DNA of 64,000 nt from an uncultured Chloroflexia bacterium. GTDB lineage: Bacteria; Chloroflexota; Dehalococcoidia; DSTF01; JALHUB01. This document shows positions 20,070 to 29,876 of the stretch, in pieces. Where the stretch lies: assembly GCA_963726245.1 (NCBI GenBank), contig CAVSBT010000015.1:32001-96000 (forward strand), written 5' to 3'. A program made the position numbers and the translations under genes. The notes under the pieces are model-generated. The model made no database searches and had not been told where the DNA came from. It was given only the letters and a program-made list of their open reading frames with translations. The stretch's first letter is position 1. Each line of letters starts with the position of its first letter.

Positions 20070-20980
20070 CTAAGAGCCGTGGTGGGCTTGCTGCGTACCC
20101 AGGTTGGCGAAGTCGGCGTAGCTCTTGCTTCGAGCAAGGGCCTGAAATCACCGACCGTCGCGAGGCGCCCTGAACCCGGGCTTGCCTCCAAAGGTCGTCG
20201 GGGGAGACGGGCACCACTTGTCAGGGTCCTCGAATCTGACCTGCGCCTCGATCTCCCGCACCAAGACCGGTCTTCGGGTAAGCCCAATCCGCTGAACGCC
20301 GCACCACCATCTTCGTCCACTATCACGCCGCGCCTTCGCGTCGATCTCAAGACGCCAGTTCTGGCAGCGCATGGACAACTGTCGAATGTGTAAATCCGTG
20401 GGGGGGTGGACTCGCAAGGCCAGGCGATCCGTCCAGGAGCCTGGCGAATCACTCAGATCCCGGCCTGTCAGCTTAGGACGATCCCAGTTGTCGGGACGTA
20501 CGAGGATCACGTTCTCTTCAACGACGACCGTTTCGGCGCCGGCGAGCATCAAAGAAGCGTCCCGAGACCACTGGGACACCGTCGCCTATGATTCGAAGAG
20601 ATAGTACAGCAACATCGCCCACCGTGATCAGCGGCCCCTGCCCCAGCAGCATGATGGTGCCGACCACCGTCACGGCAGGAGCCTTCATGGCGAAGGGGAT
20701 GCTGGTCAAAGGGCTCTCGGTGGCTCGGCGCTTGTCAGCCTCCGCTACTTCTCGAGGGCTGATGACCCCACGTGTCTTTCTTGTCATGGCACAATCCGCA
20801 GAGGAGCGTGATGCCCTTTGGCGCGTGCCTGTGGGCGGCAGGGAACTCAGGTGCAAAGTGATGGTACTGAATGGGAAACGCGCCGCAAATGACGCAACAG
20901 AATTTGCACCTCTGCCGCACGGCGCGCTTCACGGCGTCAGGAATCTCGCGGCTCAGGCCGTGGGCGTTTGATTCAGCCAT
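20070..20980 (-). CDS. HNH-type endonuclease with beta-rich C-terminal domain, frameshifted, lower GC; 3' end approximate
   Basis: MAESNAHGLSREIPDAVKRAVRQRCKFCCVICG...YHHFAPEF..AHRH.PKGITLLCGLCHDKK; continues in ORFs 20518..20856 and 20148..20579. Confidence 0.7.
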
Positions 20981-21242
20981 GGCGCTGGCCTTGACCCGAC
21001 CATCCAACCACTCCATACTAGGACCTCATTTCTCAGCACTCTGTGCGGCTCGGAATGTAGAAGGGCACGATACCCCTCGTCAATGATGGCGCGTAGAACC
21101 CCGTGCCACATCGGCCGGCGGACGCCTATGTGTTCCCGGTTCCCAATTCCTTCGTTTTCTCCCTTGCAGAGCCCCCAGCCCTGTGCTATCATGCCGCAGA
21201 AAGTAGAACACATGCGCCAAGATGCGCTCAGGGAGGGCTCTC

Positions 21243-22316
21243 ATGACTACGGATCAGTCCACCGCACAATCCGCCCCGGCCACCACGGAGAGGCAGCGAT
21301 CTCTCGAGCTGGCGATCGGCCAGATAGAGAAGCAGTTCGGCCGGGGCGCCATCATGCGCCTCGGCGAGGCCTCGGCCCATCTCCAGGTCGAGACCATCCC
21401 CACCGGCTCCCTGGCCCTCGATATGGCCCTCGGCGTGGGCGGCATCCCTCGGTCCAGGGTGACCGAGATCTTCGGGCCGGAGTCTACCGGCAAGTCTACC
21501 CTTGCCCAGCACATCATCGCCGAGGCCCAGAAGATGGGCGGCATGGCGGCCTACATCGACGTGGAGCACGCCCTGGAGCCCTCCTACGCCGGCGCCCTCG
21601 GCGTCAACATAGAGGACCTCCTGATCTCCCAGCCTGACACCGGCGAGCAGGCGCTGGAGATCGCCGAGGCCCTGGTGCGCAGCAACGCCGTGGACGTCGT
21701 GGTGGTGGACAGCGTCGCCGCCCTGGTGCCCCGGGCCGAGATCGAGGGGGAGATGGGCGACTCGCTTCCCGGTCTGCAGGCGCGCCTCATGTCCCAAGCC
21801 CTGCGCAAGCTGTCGGCGGCCATCGCGCGCTCCCACACCGCCGTCATCTTCATCAACCAGTTGCGGGAGAAGGTGGGCATCGTCTTCGGGAATCCGGAGG
21901 TGACGCCGGGGGGCCGCGCCCTCAAGTTCTACAGCTCGGTCCGCATCGACCTGAGGCGTGTGGAGTCCATCAAGCAAGGGCCGCAGGTCATCGGGAGCCG
22001 CGTGCGGGCGAAGGTGGTGAAGAACAAGGTGGCGGCGCCCTTCCGCACGGCCGAGTTTGACATAATGTTTACGGGCAAGAGCCTGGGGATTAGCCGCGAG
22101 GGCGACATCATCGACCTGGGGGTGGAGATGGCGGTGCTCAAGAAGATGGGCGCCTTCATCAGCTACGGCGACCTGCGCCTGGGGCAGGGCCGCGAGGCCG
22201 CGAAGGAGTACCTGCGCCAGAACCCCCAAGTGGCCATCGAGATCGAGCAGCGGATCCGGGACAGCGCCGGCGGCCACGCGGCAGCGGCCCCTGGCGAGGG
22301 GGGAGACGAGGCCTAG
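21243..22316 (+). CDS. recA: Recombinase RecA
   Basis: [64 protein letters not shown]; TTGCAG..TATCAT promoter upstream. Confidence 0.99.
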   Translation: MTTDQSTAQSAPATTERQRSLELAIGQIEKQFGRGAIMRLGEASAHLQVETIPTGSLALDMALGVGGIPRSRVTEIFGPESTGKSTLAQHIIAEAQKMGGMAAYIDVEHALEPSYAGALGVNIEDLLISQPDTGEQALEIAEALVRSNAVDVVVVDSVAALVPRAEIEGEMGDSLPGLQARLMSQALRKLSAAIARSHTAVIFINQLREKVGIVFGNPEVTPGGRALKFYSSVRIDLRRVESIKQGPQVIGSRVRAKVVKNKVAAPFRTAEFDIMFTGKSLGISREGDIIDLGVEMAVLKKMGAFISYGDLRLGQGREAAKEYLRQNPQVAIEIEQRIRDSAGGHAAAAPGEGGDEA

Positions 22317-22342
22317 CCGTCCGTCGAGAACGCTGAGGAACC

Positions 22343-22379
22343 AGGAGGCCCGGCCCACCTGGGCCGGGCCTCCTTGATT
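22343..22379 (+). terminator. Terminator-like hairpin between recA and recX
   Basis: aggaggcccggccca cc tgggccgggcctcct tgatt. Confidence 0.65.
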
Positions 22380-22387
22380 AGCAGTCG

Positions 22388-23020
22388 ATGATCATCTCCT
22401 CCATCGAGAAGCAGAAGCGGCGCCCGCGGGTCAACGTCTACGGCGACGAGGGCCGCTTCGCCTTCGCTCTCGCCCTGCACCTGGCCCAGGACGCCGGCCT
22501 CCACACCGACATGGAGCTCAGCGAGGCGCAGGTGGGCGCCCTCCAGGAGGCCGACGCCCAGCACTTGGCCTACGACGCCGCGCTGAGGCTCCTCTCCTAC
22601 CGGCCGCGCAGCGAGAAGGAGATGCGCCGCCGCCTGGCCCGCCGGGGCATCGGCCTGCGGCACATCGACGAGACGGTGCGCCGGCTCAGGGAGCGGGGCT
22701 ACTTGGACGACGAGGCCTTCGCGCGCTTCTGGACGGAGAGCCGGGAGGCCACCAGCCCCCGAGGTCGACGCCTCATCGTCCAGGAGCTGCGGGCCCAGGG
22801 GGTGGCCGCTGAGACGGCCGCTGCCGCCACGGCCTCCGTCGCCGATGAAGAGGCCGCCTATCGCGCCGCCGGCCGCCGCCTGAACGCCTTCCGCGGCCTT
22901 GACTATGAGACCTTCCGGCGTCGCCTGGGCGGGTTCCTGGTGCGCCGCGGCTTCTCCTACGAGGTGGCCCGTCGCACGATGGACCGCTGCTGGCAGGAGG
23001 CCGGCGAGAAGGAGCAATAG
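22388..23020 (+). CDS. recX: Regulatory protein RecX
   Basis: ALRLLSYRPRSEKEMRRRL, GYLDDEAFA, RG.RLI.QELRAQGV, FLVRRGFSYE. Confidence 0.93.
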   Translation: MIISSIEKQKRRPRVNVYGDEGRFAFALALHLAQDAGLHTDMELSEAQVGALQEADAQHLAYDAALRLLSYRPRSEKEMRRRLARRGIGLRHIDETVRRLRERGYLDDEAFARFWTESREATSPRGRRLIVQELRAQGVAAETAAAATASVADEEAAYRAAGRRLNAFRGLDYETFRRRLGGFLVRRGFSYEVARRTMDRCWQEAGEKEQ

Positions 23021-23087
23021 GCAACAAGGAACAGGCAACAAGGGGGTGGACCTTGTTGCTAACCGCTTGTTGCTGGTTGCTCTCCGC
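23014..23087. repeat. Inverted heptamer-repeat hairpin; first unit supplies the recX stop
   Basis: GCAATAG GCAACAA GGAACAG GCAACAA ... TTGTTGC TAACCGC TTGTTGC TGGTTGC TCTCCGC. Confidence 0.8.
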
Positions 23088-23100
23088 CTCGCTCGATTCC

Positions 23101-23130
23101 TTGACACCCTAGCTGAGCTGCCCGTATCAT
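23101..23130 (+). promoter_or_regulatory. Sigma70 promoter for rny
   Basis: TTGACA-N18-TATCAT. Confidence 0.6.
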
Positions 23131-23232
23131 GAATCTGAAAATCGGTCCCGCCGGTGGCGGGTTCAACATTTGATGGATCAACCAAGACATAATCGAGACA
23201 AGGAGAACGCCTAAACAGAAAGAGAGGTTGCA

Positions 23233-24768
23233 ATGCCCGTAGCCATAGTCTTGGGCGTCGTCATGGGCGTCCTGGGGCTGGCGATCGGGGCTCTTCTCGG
23301 CAACACCATAAGACGGAGGATCGGCCAGGGGCGTTTAGAGGCAGCGGAAACAAATGCTGCCAAGATCCTCGCAGAAGCTCAGACCAGACAAAAGGAGATC
23401 CTTCTAGAGGCAAAAGAAGAGGCAATTCGACTGCGGGCCCAGGTTGAGGCCGAGCTCAAGGAGCGAAGAGCCGAAGTCCTGAAGCTGGAGCAGCGTGTTA
23501 CCCAGCGAGAAGAGAACCTGGATCGCAAGCTAGAGGCCCTGGACCGCCGCAATCAATCCGTCGACGAGAAGGAAAAGGAGTTAGCCAGCACCAGGGCAGA
23601 CCTAGATGAGCTGCGCAAGAAGCAGCTTGAGGAAATAGAAAGGATATCAGGCTTAACCAGCCAGGAGGCCCGTGGCATACTCCTGGCGGAGGTGGAGAAG
23701 GAGGTCCGGGACGACGCCAACCGCCGCGTTCGCGCCGTAGAGGCGGAGGTAAAAGAGGAAGGCGAGGCGCGCATCCGTGACACCCTGGCCACCGTCATGC
23801 AACGGTTGGCCACTGACGTTGTCGCCGAATCCACTGTCTCTGTAGTGCCCATCCCCAGCGATGACATGAAGGGCCGGATTATCGGTCGCGAGGGCCGCAA
23901 CATCCGCGCCCTCGAGGCCGCCACCGGCGTCGACCTCATAATCGACGACACTCCGGACGCCGTCACCCTCTCCGGCTTCGACCCGGTGCGACGGGAGATT
24001 GCCCGCGTCGCCCTCACCAAGCTGGTGACCGACGGGCGCATCCATCCCACGCGCATCGAAGAGGTGGTGGAGAAGGCCCGCCAGGAGGTGGAGGTAGGCA
24101 TCAAGGACGCCGGCGAGGAGGCGGCCATCGAGGCGGGCTGTCCCGGTTTTCACCCCGAGCTCCTGAAGACCCTGGGCCGCCTCAAGTTCCGCACTAGCTA
24201 CGGACAGAACCAGCTCATGCACGCCGTGGAGAGCGCCCACATCGCCGGCCTCCTCGCCGAGGAGATCGGCGCCGATGTCAACATCTGCCGCCGGGGCGCC
24301 CTTCTCCACGACCTGGGGAAGGCCATCGACCACGAGGTTGAGGGTACCCACGCCGTCATCGGCGCAGAGCTGGCCCGTCGATTCAGCGTCAGCCCGGCGG
24401 TGGTCCACTGCATCGCTGCTCACCACGAAGAGGAAGAGCCGAAAACGGTGGAGGCCGTTATCGTCCAGATCGCTGATGCCATCAGCGGCAGCCGCCCCGG
24501 GGCGCGCATGGAGACGCTGGAGCACTACATCAAGCGGCTCGAGGCGCTGGAGAGCCTGGCCATCGGCTTCGAGGGCGTCGAAAAGGCCTTCGCCATCCAG
24601 GCCGGCCGTGAGATCCGCATCATCGTCAAGCCCGAGGAAGTGGACGACCTGGCCTCGATGCGACTGGCCAGGGACATTAGTCGCAAGATCGAAGAGAGCC
24701 TGGAGTACCCCGGGCAGATCAAGGTGACCGTGGTCCGCGAGACGAGGGCCGTAGACTACGCCAAGTAG
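23233..24768 (+). CDS. rny: Ribonuclease Y
   Basis: N-terminal TM + coiled coil, KH motif [16 protein letters not shown] motif [31 protein letters not shown]. Confidence 0.98.
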   Translation: MPVAIVLGVVMGVLGLAIGALLGNTIRRRIGQGRLEAAETNAAKILAEAQTRQKEILLEAKEEAIRLRAQVEAELKERRAEVLKLEQRVTQREENLDRKLEALDRRNQSVDEKEKELASTRADLDELRKKQLEEIERISGLTSQEARGILLAEVEKEVRDDANRRVRAVEAEVKEEGEARIRDTLATVMQRLATDVVAESTVSVVPIPSDDMKGRIIGREGRNIRALEAATGVDLIIDDTPDAVTLSGFDPVRREIARVALTKLVTDGRIHPTRIEEVVEKARQEVEVGIKDAGEEAAIEAGCPGFHPELLKTLGRLKFRTSYGQNQLMHAVESAHIAGLLAEEIGADVNICRRGALLHDLGKAIDHEVEGTHAVIGAELARRFSVSPAVVHCIAAHHEEEEPKTVEAVIVQIADAISGSRPGARMETLEHYIKRLEALESLAIGFEGVEKAFAIQAGREIRIIVKPEEVDDLASMRLARDISRKIEESLEYPGQIKVTVVRETRAVDYAK

Positions 24769-24843
24769 ATAAGCGATGGGGAGCGGCGAGGTCCACAGAA
24801 GCGAGGATGGCCGCTCCTCATTGCATGTCCTAGAGGAGGCGCC

Positions 24844-25623
24844 GTGAAGGTGCTGATGGTGGGCGACGTGATGGGACGGCCCGGCCGGCGGGCTGTGGCT
24901 GCCCTCTTGCCCGGCCTGCGACAGGAACTGGGCGTGGACCTGACCATCTGCAACGGCGAGAACGCCGCCGCCGGCCGTGGCCTCACCCTGGCCACGTCGC
25001 GCGAGCTGTTCGACGCTGGGGTGGACGTCATCACCTCCGGCAATCATATCTGGGACCAGAAGGAGATCATCCCCTGGCTGGATGAGGACGCCCCCATCCT
25101 TCGCCCTCACAACTACCCTCCGGGGACGCCGGGGCGCGGCGTCATGACCTGCAATGGGCTGACCATTGTCAACCTCCAGGGCCGCACGTTCATGCTCGCC
25201 CTGGATTGCCCCTTTCGTGCCGCTGATGCTATCTTGAAGCAACTGCCGGCGAGGTCCGCTGTCTTCGTCGACCTGCACGCGGAAGCCACGAGCGAGAAGG
25301 TAGCCCTGGGCTGGTACCTGGACGGCCGCGTCTCCGCTGTCGTGGGCACCCACACGCACGTCGGCACCATCGATGCGCGCGTCCTGCCCAAGGGCACGGC
25401 CTTCGTTTGTGACGTGGGCATGGTGGGAGGCCGGGACTCTGTGATCGGCGACGACGTAGATTCGGTTCTCTCCCGCTTCCTTCATCAGCTCCCCCACCGT
25501 CTCACCGTCGCCGAGAACAGCCGCGTCCTCCAGTTCAACTCCGTCCTCGTCGATATCGACGAGGCCACCGGGCTGGCGCGCAAAATCGTGCGTGTGGATC
25601 GGGAGATAGAGCGCCGTGAGTAG
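24844..25623 (+). CDS. ymdB: YmdB/TIGR00282 metallophosphoesterase
   Basis: GDVMGRPG, NGENAAAG, ITSGNHIWD, DLHAEATSEK, VGTHTHV, DVGMVG. Confidence 0.92.
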   Translation: MKVLMVGDVMGRPGRRAVAALLPGLRQELGVDLTICNGENAAAGRGLTLATSRELFDAGVDVITSGNHIWDQKEIIPWLDEDAPILRPHNYPPGTPGRGVMTCNGLTIVNLQGRTFMLALDCPFRAADAILKQLPARSAVFVDLHAEATSEKVALGWYLDGRVSAVVGTHTHVGTIDARVLPKGTAFVCDVGMVGGRDSVIGDDVDSVLSRFLHQLPHRLTVAENSRVLQFNSVLVDIDEATGLARKIVRVDREIERRE

Positions 25624-26464
25624 CCGGGCCAATCTCCACACCCACAGTAACTGCTCCGACGGCGTCTTGAGCCCTGCGGCCCTGGTCGAACTGGCCGCCT
25701 CGCGCGGCGTCGAGATCATGGCCCTCACGGACCATGATTCGATGGAGGGTCTGCCCGAGGCCGCGCAGGCGGCGGCCCGGTATCCGGGCTTCACGCTCAT
25801 CCCTGGCGTGGAGATGAGCACCGACATCGCGGGCGGCGAGGTGCATGTGCTGGGCTACTTCCTGGACCCGAAGGACGCCCATCTCCAGGAGGAACTCGCC
25901 CGCCTACGCGACTCGCGGTGGGACCGCGGCCGTCGCATGGTAGAGAAGCTGCACGACCTGGGCGTGAACGTCAGTTGGGAGAGGGTGCAGGCGATCGCCG
26001 GTGGCGGGGCCGTCGGGCGCCCCCACGTGGCGCAGGCTCTGCTCGAGAAGGGGCACGTAGGCACCGTCCAGGAAGCGTTTGACCGCTACATCGGTCGCAA
26101 CGGCCCCGCCTACGCCGACCGCACCAAGATGACACCCGCCGAGGCCGTGGCCTTCCTTCAACAGAGGGGGGCTTTCCCGGTCTTGGCCCATCCCAGGGAG
26201 ACCGGGGACCTCGAAGACCTGCTGCTGGCTCTCCAGGAAGCCGGCCTGGGCGGCATGGAGGTCTACTACCAGGACTACGACGAGGCCAGTGTCGAACGCC
26301 TGCTGACGATAGCCCGCAGGCGTGGCCTGTTGCCCACGGGCGGCAGCGACTATCATGGCCTCGGCGGCGAGCACCAGCGTTTGCCCGGCGACATACCATT
26401 GCCCGACGAAGCCATCGACGCCTTCATGACCCTGGCCGAGAGATACGTCATCCACAGGGCCTGA
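25616..26464 (+). CDS. PHP-domain phosphoesterase (TrpH/YciV-like)
   Basis: LHTHSNCSDG, ALTDHD, PGVEMST, VHVLGY, GRPHVA, LAHP, GGSDYHG. Confidence 0.92.
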   Translation: MSSRANLHTHSNCSDGVLSPAALVELAASRGVEIMALTDHDSMEGLPEAAQAAARYPGFTLIPGVEMSTDIAGGEVHVLGYFLDPKDAHLQEELARLRDSRWDRGRRMVEKLHDLGVNVSWERVQAIAGGGAVGRPHVAQALLEKGHVGTVQEAFDRYIGRNGPAYADRTKMTPAEAVAFLQQRGAFPVLAHPRETGDLEDLLLALQEAGLGGMEVYYQDYDEASVERLLTIARRRGLLPTGGSDYHGLGGEHQRLPGDIPLPDEAIDAFMTLAERYVIHRA

Positions 26465-26485
26465 GGTTGGCCGTCCACCAGTCGT

Positions 26486-26968
26486 ATGCAGTGTGCCACC
26501 CACCCCTCGGTTGAGACCGAGCTGACCTGCAGTCGCTGCGGCAAGCCCATCTGTCCGCGATGCCTCGTGATCACGCCCGTGGGCGCCCGATGCCGTGAGT
26601 GCGCGCGATTACGGCGTCTGCCCACGTATCAACTGGGCGCTGCCTTCGTGATGCGCGGCCTGGGCGCCGCGGTGGCCGTAGGCGCTGCCGTGGGGGCTCT
26701 TTGGGGATTCCTCGTCCCATTCAACGTCGGCGTCTTCATAGGCCTCTTCCTGGGGCTGGGCCTGGGCTACGCCGTCGGCGAGTCAGTAAGCTGGGCATCC
26801 AACCGCAAGCGAGGTCCCACGCTTCAGGGAATGGCCGTGGTGGGAGTGCTGCTCGCCTACGCGGTCAGAAACTTGGTGGAGGGAGCCGGCGTCTTCTCGG
26901 CCAACGATGTCTTCGGCTACGTGGTGGTAGGCGTCGCCGTCTTCACAGCCATCGGACGCCTTCGCTAA
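26486..26968 (+). CDS. B-box zinc-finger membrane protein
   Basis: CATHP..ET.LTCSRCGKPICPRC..TPVGARCREC followed by four hydrophobic segments. Confidence 0.8.
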   Translation: MQCATHPSVETELTCSRCGKPICPRCLVITPVGARCRECARLRRLPTYQLGAAFVMRGLGAAVAVGAAVGALWGFLVPFNVGVFIGLFLGLGLGYAVGESVSWASNRKRGPTLQGMAVVGVLLAYAVRNLVEGAGVFSANDVFGYVVVGVAVFTAIGRLR

Positions 26969-26985
26969 GTGACGGGCGGCCCCTG

Positions 26986-27273
26986 CTAGCGGAGCACGAA
27001 GGAGATGATGACGACGAGGAGCATCGCACCGCCGCCGATGATGGCGATGCGCCGCAGTTCGCGCAGCACATAGCCGTAGTCGTAGATGCGCGCTTGGGGT
27101 GGCGTGGCGGTAGCCTGCACTATCGGTCGGCGAGGAGCGAAGGGCACCACCTTGGGCCTGGCCGCTCCGCCGGTCTCTGAAACAGGGGCAGCCGGCGCCA
27201 GCAGAGTGCGGCGGCGTGGTCTCTTTCGCGATACGGTTTGTGGCCTGGTGCGAGGGCGCGGTTTTCTTGGCAC
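26986..27273 (-). CDS. Small membrane protein, basic disordered N-terminus + C-terminal TM
   Basis: DYGYVLRELRRIAII...IISFVLR; TATAAT at 27315-27320 on the minus strand. Confidence 0.7.
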   Translation of the reverse strand: MPRKPRPRTRPQTVSRKRPRRRTLLAPAAPVSETGGAARPKVVPFAPRRPIVQATATPPQARIYDYGYVLRELRRIAIIGGGAMLLVVIISFVLR

Positions 27274-27368
27274 TTCATTCCTCGGGCCCGCAGTCGCGGG
27301 CCAAACTCGCCGCTATTATAGCCGCCCACCGAGCTAGCCACAACGACGGCGGGAGGCAGATCGATTCG

Positions 27369-27397
27369 TTGACAGCGGCCGGCCGCAAGGCTAGAAT
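27369..27397 (+). promoter_or_regulatory. Sigma70 promoter for tRNA-Asp
   Basis: TTGACA-N17-TAGAAT. Confidence 0.7.
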
Positions 27398-27451
27398 CAG
27401 ACAGGCCCGACGGTCGCGCGTGCGCGTGGCGGCGGGCTCCACATCGCGGGC

Positions 27452-27528
27452 GGCCCCGTGGTGTAGCGGTCTAACATGCCACCCTGTCACGGTGGAGATC
27501 GAGGGTTCGAATCCCTTCGGGGTCGCCA
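27452..27528 (+). tRNA. tRNA-Asp (GTC)
   Basis: Acceptor ggccccg/cggggtc, anticodon arm ccacc-ctGTCac-ggtgg, T-loop gttcgaatc, encoded CCA. Confidence 0.97.
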
Positions 27529-27697
27529 ACAGCAAACACAGACCAACCCGCCTGCCTCTTCTGCCAAGTACCCGGAACAGAGGGGCAAAGGCTGGCTTCG
27601 TCAGTATCCCCTTCACCTCTCCCGTGTCGACAGCGACCTCAGCGAGAACCAGCCTCACCAGGTCGCGCCGCTCCTCGCGAGTGATGCGAGGCCAACT
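27529..27697 (-). pseudogene. Probable C-terminal remnant of a large serine recombinase reading into the tRNA
   Basis: WPRITREERRDLVRLVLAEVAVDTGEVKGILTKPAFAPLF...LATPKGFEP; no catalytic N-terminus upstream; recognised by eye. Confidence 0.55.
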
Positions 27698-27845
27698 CGT
27701 GTCTCGACCATATGGCGCTAGTGTGCGGTGAAGTCGAGTCAGGGCGCTGGAGAGCCAAATGAGTGGGCCGGTTCTGCGGGGGGGACCAGGCGCCTGACGA
27801 TACTAGGCAGGTGCTCTGTTGCGGCCGTGATCACGCGGGGCGAGA

Positions 27846-28232
27846 TCAGGCCGGGCGCCGGTGGGAATAGTATGATGCGATGCCTGAGCGAGGCGACGTC
27901 TCCATGTGCAGGCACGGACCAATCCGGGTGCTAACTCCGTCCGAGGAGGTGAGGAGTTGACCGCTCCGGCTATAGAGGCGGTACTGGATGTCCGCATCGA
28001 GTTCAGCGGGCATATCCAGCAACAGCTCGCCGTCGCTGGACTGGACTCTGACCCCGTCAGGCAAGGGCGAGATGCCCGCTGATTCGCCGGCCGGACAGCC
28101 ATTGGAATCATACAGATGAAAGCCGATCAGGAAGCAGCCATCTGGGGCCAAGCCGATCTTCAGGACGACCTCGCCGCTTGGCGCGTCCACGAAGGAGAGC
28201 GATGTGCCCAGGCGCCGCATTCCTAGCCTCAT
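27846..28232 (-). CDS. Hypothetical beta-rich protein with two internal repeats
   Basis: GGGGGAG RBS; SGEVVLKI...FHLYDSNG and DGELLLDM...YRLYSRSG repeats. Confidence 0.6.
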   Translation of the reverse strand: MRLGMRRLGTSLSFVDAPSGEVVLKIGLAPDGCFLIGFHLYDSNGCPAGESAGISPLPDGVRVQSSDGELLLDMPAELDADIQYRLYSRSGQLLTSSDGVSTRIGPCLHMETSPRSGIASYYSHRRPA

Positions 28233-28253
28233 GAGTCACTCCCCCGTCTTGCG

Positions 28254-28583
28254 CTACGCCTTCGACTTATGCGAATGGGCAGGCAGCGTGGGTTTTCGCT
28301 GAGTGCGCCCCGTGCGCGCGGCCTGCCGCCTCACGACCGGCAAAGGACGATTCACGGCGACACTCATCATTCGTCCTTTCAGTTCCGCGCCCTTCAGGGA
28401 TTGCAGGGCGATAGCCGCAGCCCTGTCTTCAAGTTCAACAAGGGCGAAGCCGCGGGTGCGGCCGGCATGATCGCAGGCGACCCGCATTGAGCTGATCTCC
28501 CCGAAAACCGAGAAGACGGTCCGTAAGTCACTAGCTTTGGTCTTAGAGGATAGGTTTCCCACAAGTAGCGTGGTCACTGGCAT
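28254..28583 (-). CDS. RRM (RNP) RNA-binding protein
   Basis: RNP2 LLVGNL, RNP1 RGFALVEL, L.G.ELKGR.M.V; GAGGAGG RBS. Confidence 0.88.
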   Translation of the reverse strand: MPVTTLLVGNLSSKTKASDLRTVFSVFGEISSMRVACDHAGRTRGFALVELEDRAAAIALQSLKGAELKGRMMSVAVNRPLPVVRRQAARTGRTQRKPTLPAHSHKSKA

Positions 28584-28676
28584 TCCTCCTCTGCTGGGCG
28601 CGTTCAACCGTCGAGCCGTCGAAGCTCGCATCCGACGCCCTTATGAAGGGCTGTGTGCCAGGGTCAGCGGCTGAGT

Positions 28677-29000
28677 CTAGTAGCGGCTGCGAACAGGTGC
28701 GCGCTGGGCGTAGCACTCCCTGCAATAGACGGGCCGGTCACCCCGTGGTTCGAATGGGACCTCGGCGTTCTTGCCGCACTGGGCACAAACGGCAGTGTGC
28801 ATCTGGCGGGGGGACGAGCTGTAGCCATCCCCATAGCCACGGCCTTCGCCACGCTCTGACCTACGGGCGGCGCGACAACCGGAGCATCGCTTGGGCTCGT
28901 TGGTGAAGCCGCGGCTGGCGTGGTACTCCTGGTCCTCAGCCGAGAAGGTGAATTGGGTACCGCAATCAAGGCACGTTAGGGTTCTGTCTGTGTAAGACAC
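28677..29000 (-). CDS. Zinc-ribbon protein (zf-trcl-like + CxxC-x17-CxxC)
   Basis: DRTLTCLDCG..FTFSAEDQEYH..RGFTNEPKRCSGCR and AVCAQCGK.AEVPFEPRGDRPVYCREC. Confidence 0.9.
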   Translation of the reverse strand: MSYTDRTLTCLDCGTQFTFSAEDQEYHASRGFTNEPKRCSGCRAARRSERGEGRGYGDGYSSSPRQMHTAVCAQCGKNAEVPFEPRGDRPVYCRECYAQRAPVRSRY

Positions 29001-29287
29001 TCGACGACCTCCTTCAGGGGTCTGCTATTCCGCGTCGTCGAGTGCAAGACAAAATGGGGCTCTGAGTTGCAGATCGAAGACAGGGACTCGTTCTTATGGC
29101 TACTCTAGCACACTTGGCCCCTGCTGTCACGCAAGAGCGCCAAGCCCACCAACTTCTGGTAGCCTGAATCAATTGTCGGTAATTCTTGGGAGAATCACGA
29201 GGGGGATGCCTTCAACGGTCCTGTCTTGGGAGCCTCGCAGGCCGCCAGCACCGGCAGAGGCCGCGAGCACCCTTCGCCGGCGGAGTC

Positions 29288-29872
29288 CTATAGCGACGCC
29301 CCGCAAGTCATGCAGTAGCGCCAGTTGGGGCGAATTGGGGAGCCGCAGCGAGGGCACTGCCCTCCCGAGGCTACGGTCGCGGGCGCGGGCCGGCCCTGGG
29401 CCGGGGCCTGCGTGGGGCGGACGGCGACACGGCGGACCAGCAGGAGGACGCTAGCGGCAACAGCGAAGGCAGTCGCCGCATGGAGGGCCGCGAAGCTGAG
29501 AATAATCCCGTCGACAGATTCGCGTACTCCCATGACCTGGAAGGCGGCGATGGCCGCGGCGGGCAGCGCCAGGTGCCAGCCTGCCGCCCTGCAGAGGACG
29601 CTGTCCCCTCGCCGGTAGAGGGGGATCTTCGTGCCGAGGAAGGCTCCCGCCAGGGCGCCACCGGCCAGGAGGCCCCAGGTCGCCTCCTCCTTCAGGTCGA
29701 TGTCAACGATCAGGATGAGGATCACCAGGCTGAGTGCCGCTCCCGCCCCGGCCATGAGGGTGCCGAGCGAGGAGAAGGGGCGCTCCCTTTGGAGTCTCAC
29801 CACGGTCCACAGGGCGCTGATTAGGACGAGGGCCGCCCCTGCGATGGCAACACCCCGATAGAAGTCGTCCAT
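29288..29872 (-). CDS. Cassette gene C: five-TM membrane protein with C-terminal double-CxxC zinc ribbon
   Basis: Hydrophobic segments followed by CPRCG...WRYCMTCGASL. Confidence 0.75.
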   Translation of the reverse strand: MDDFYRGVAIAGAALVLISALWTVVRLQRERPFSSLGTLMAGAGAALSLVILILIVDIDLKEEATWGLLAGGALAGAFLGTKIPLYRRGDSVLCRAAGWHLALPAAAIAAFQVMGVRESVDGIILSFAALHAATAFAVAASVLLLVRRVAVRPTQAPAQGRPAPATVASGGQCPRCGSPIRPNWRYCMTCGASL

Positions 29873-29876
29873 ACCC

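Noticed and set aside
21205-21217. LexA box upstream of recA (agaacacatgcgc)
   Set aside because: Only the GAAC half fits GAAC-N4-GTTC; too degenerate to call, although the position is plausible
12227-23087. CRISPR array suggested by short repeats
   Set aside because: Units are 7 nt in tandem without unique spacers; no cas genes in the window
23131-23232. 6S RNA between recX and rny
   Set aside because: Only about 100 nt after the promoter, with one short hairpin and no long rod with a central bulge
23653-25827. Long antisense ORFs (724 aa here; also 3684..5939, 39507..41252, 60237..61460)
   Set aside because: Shadow frames opposite well-supported high-GC genes, with no recognisable motifs
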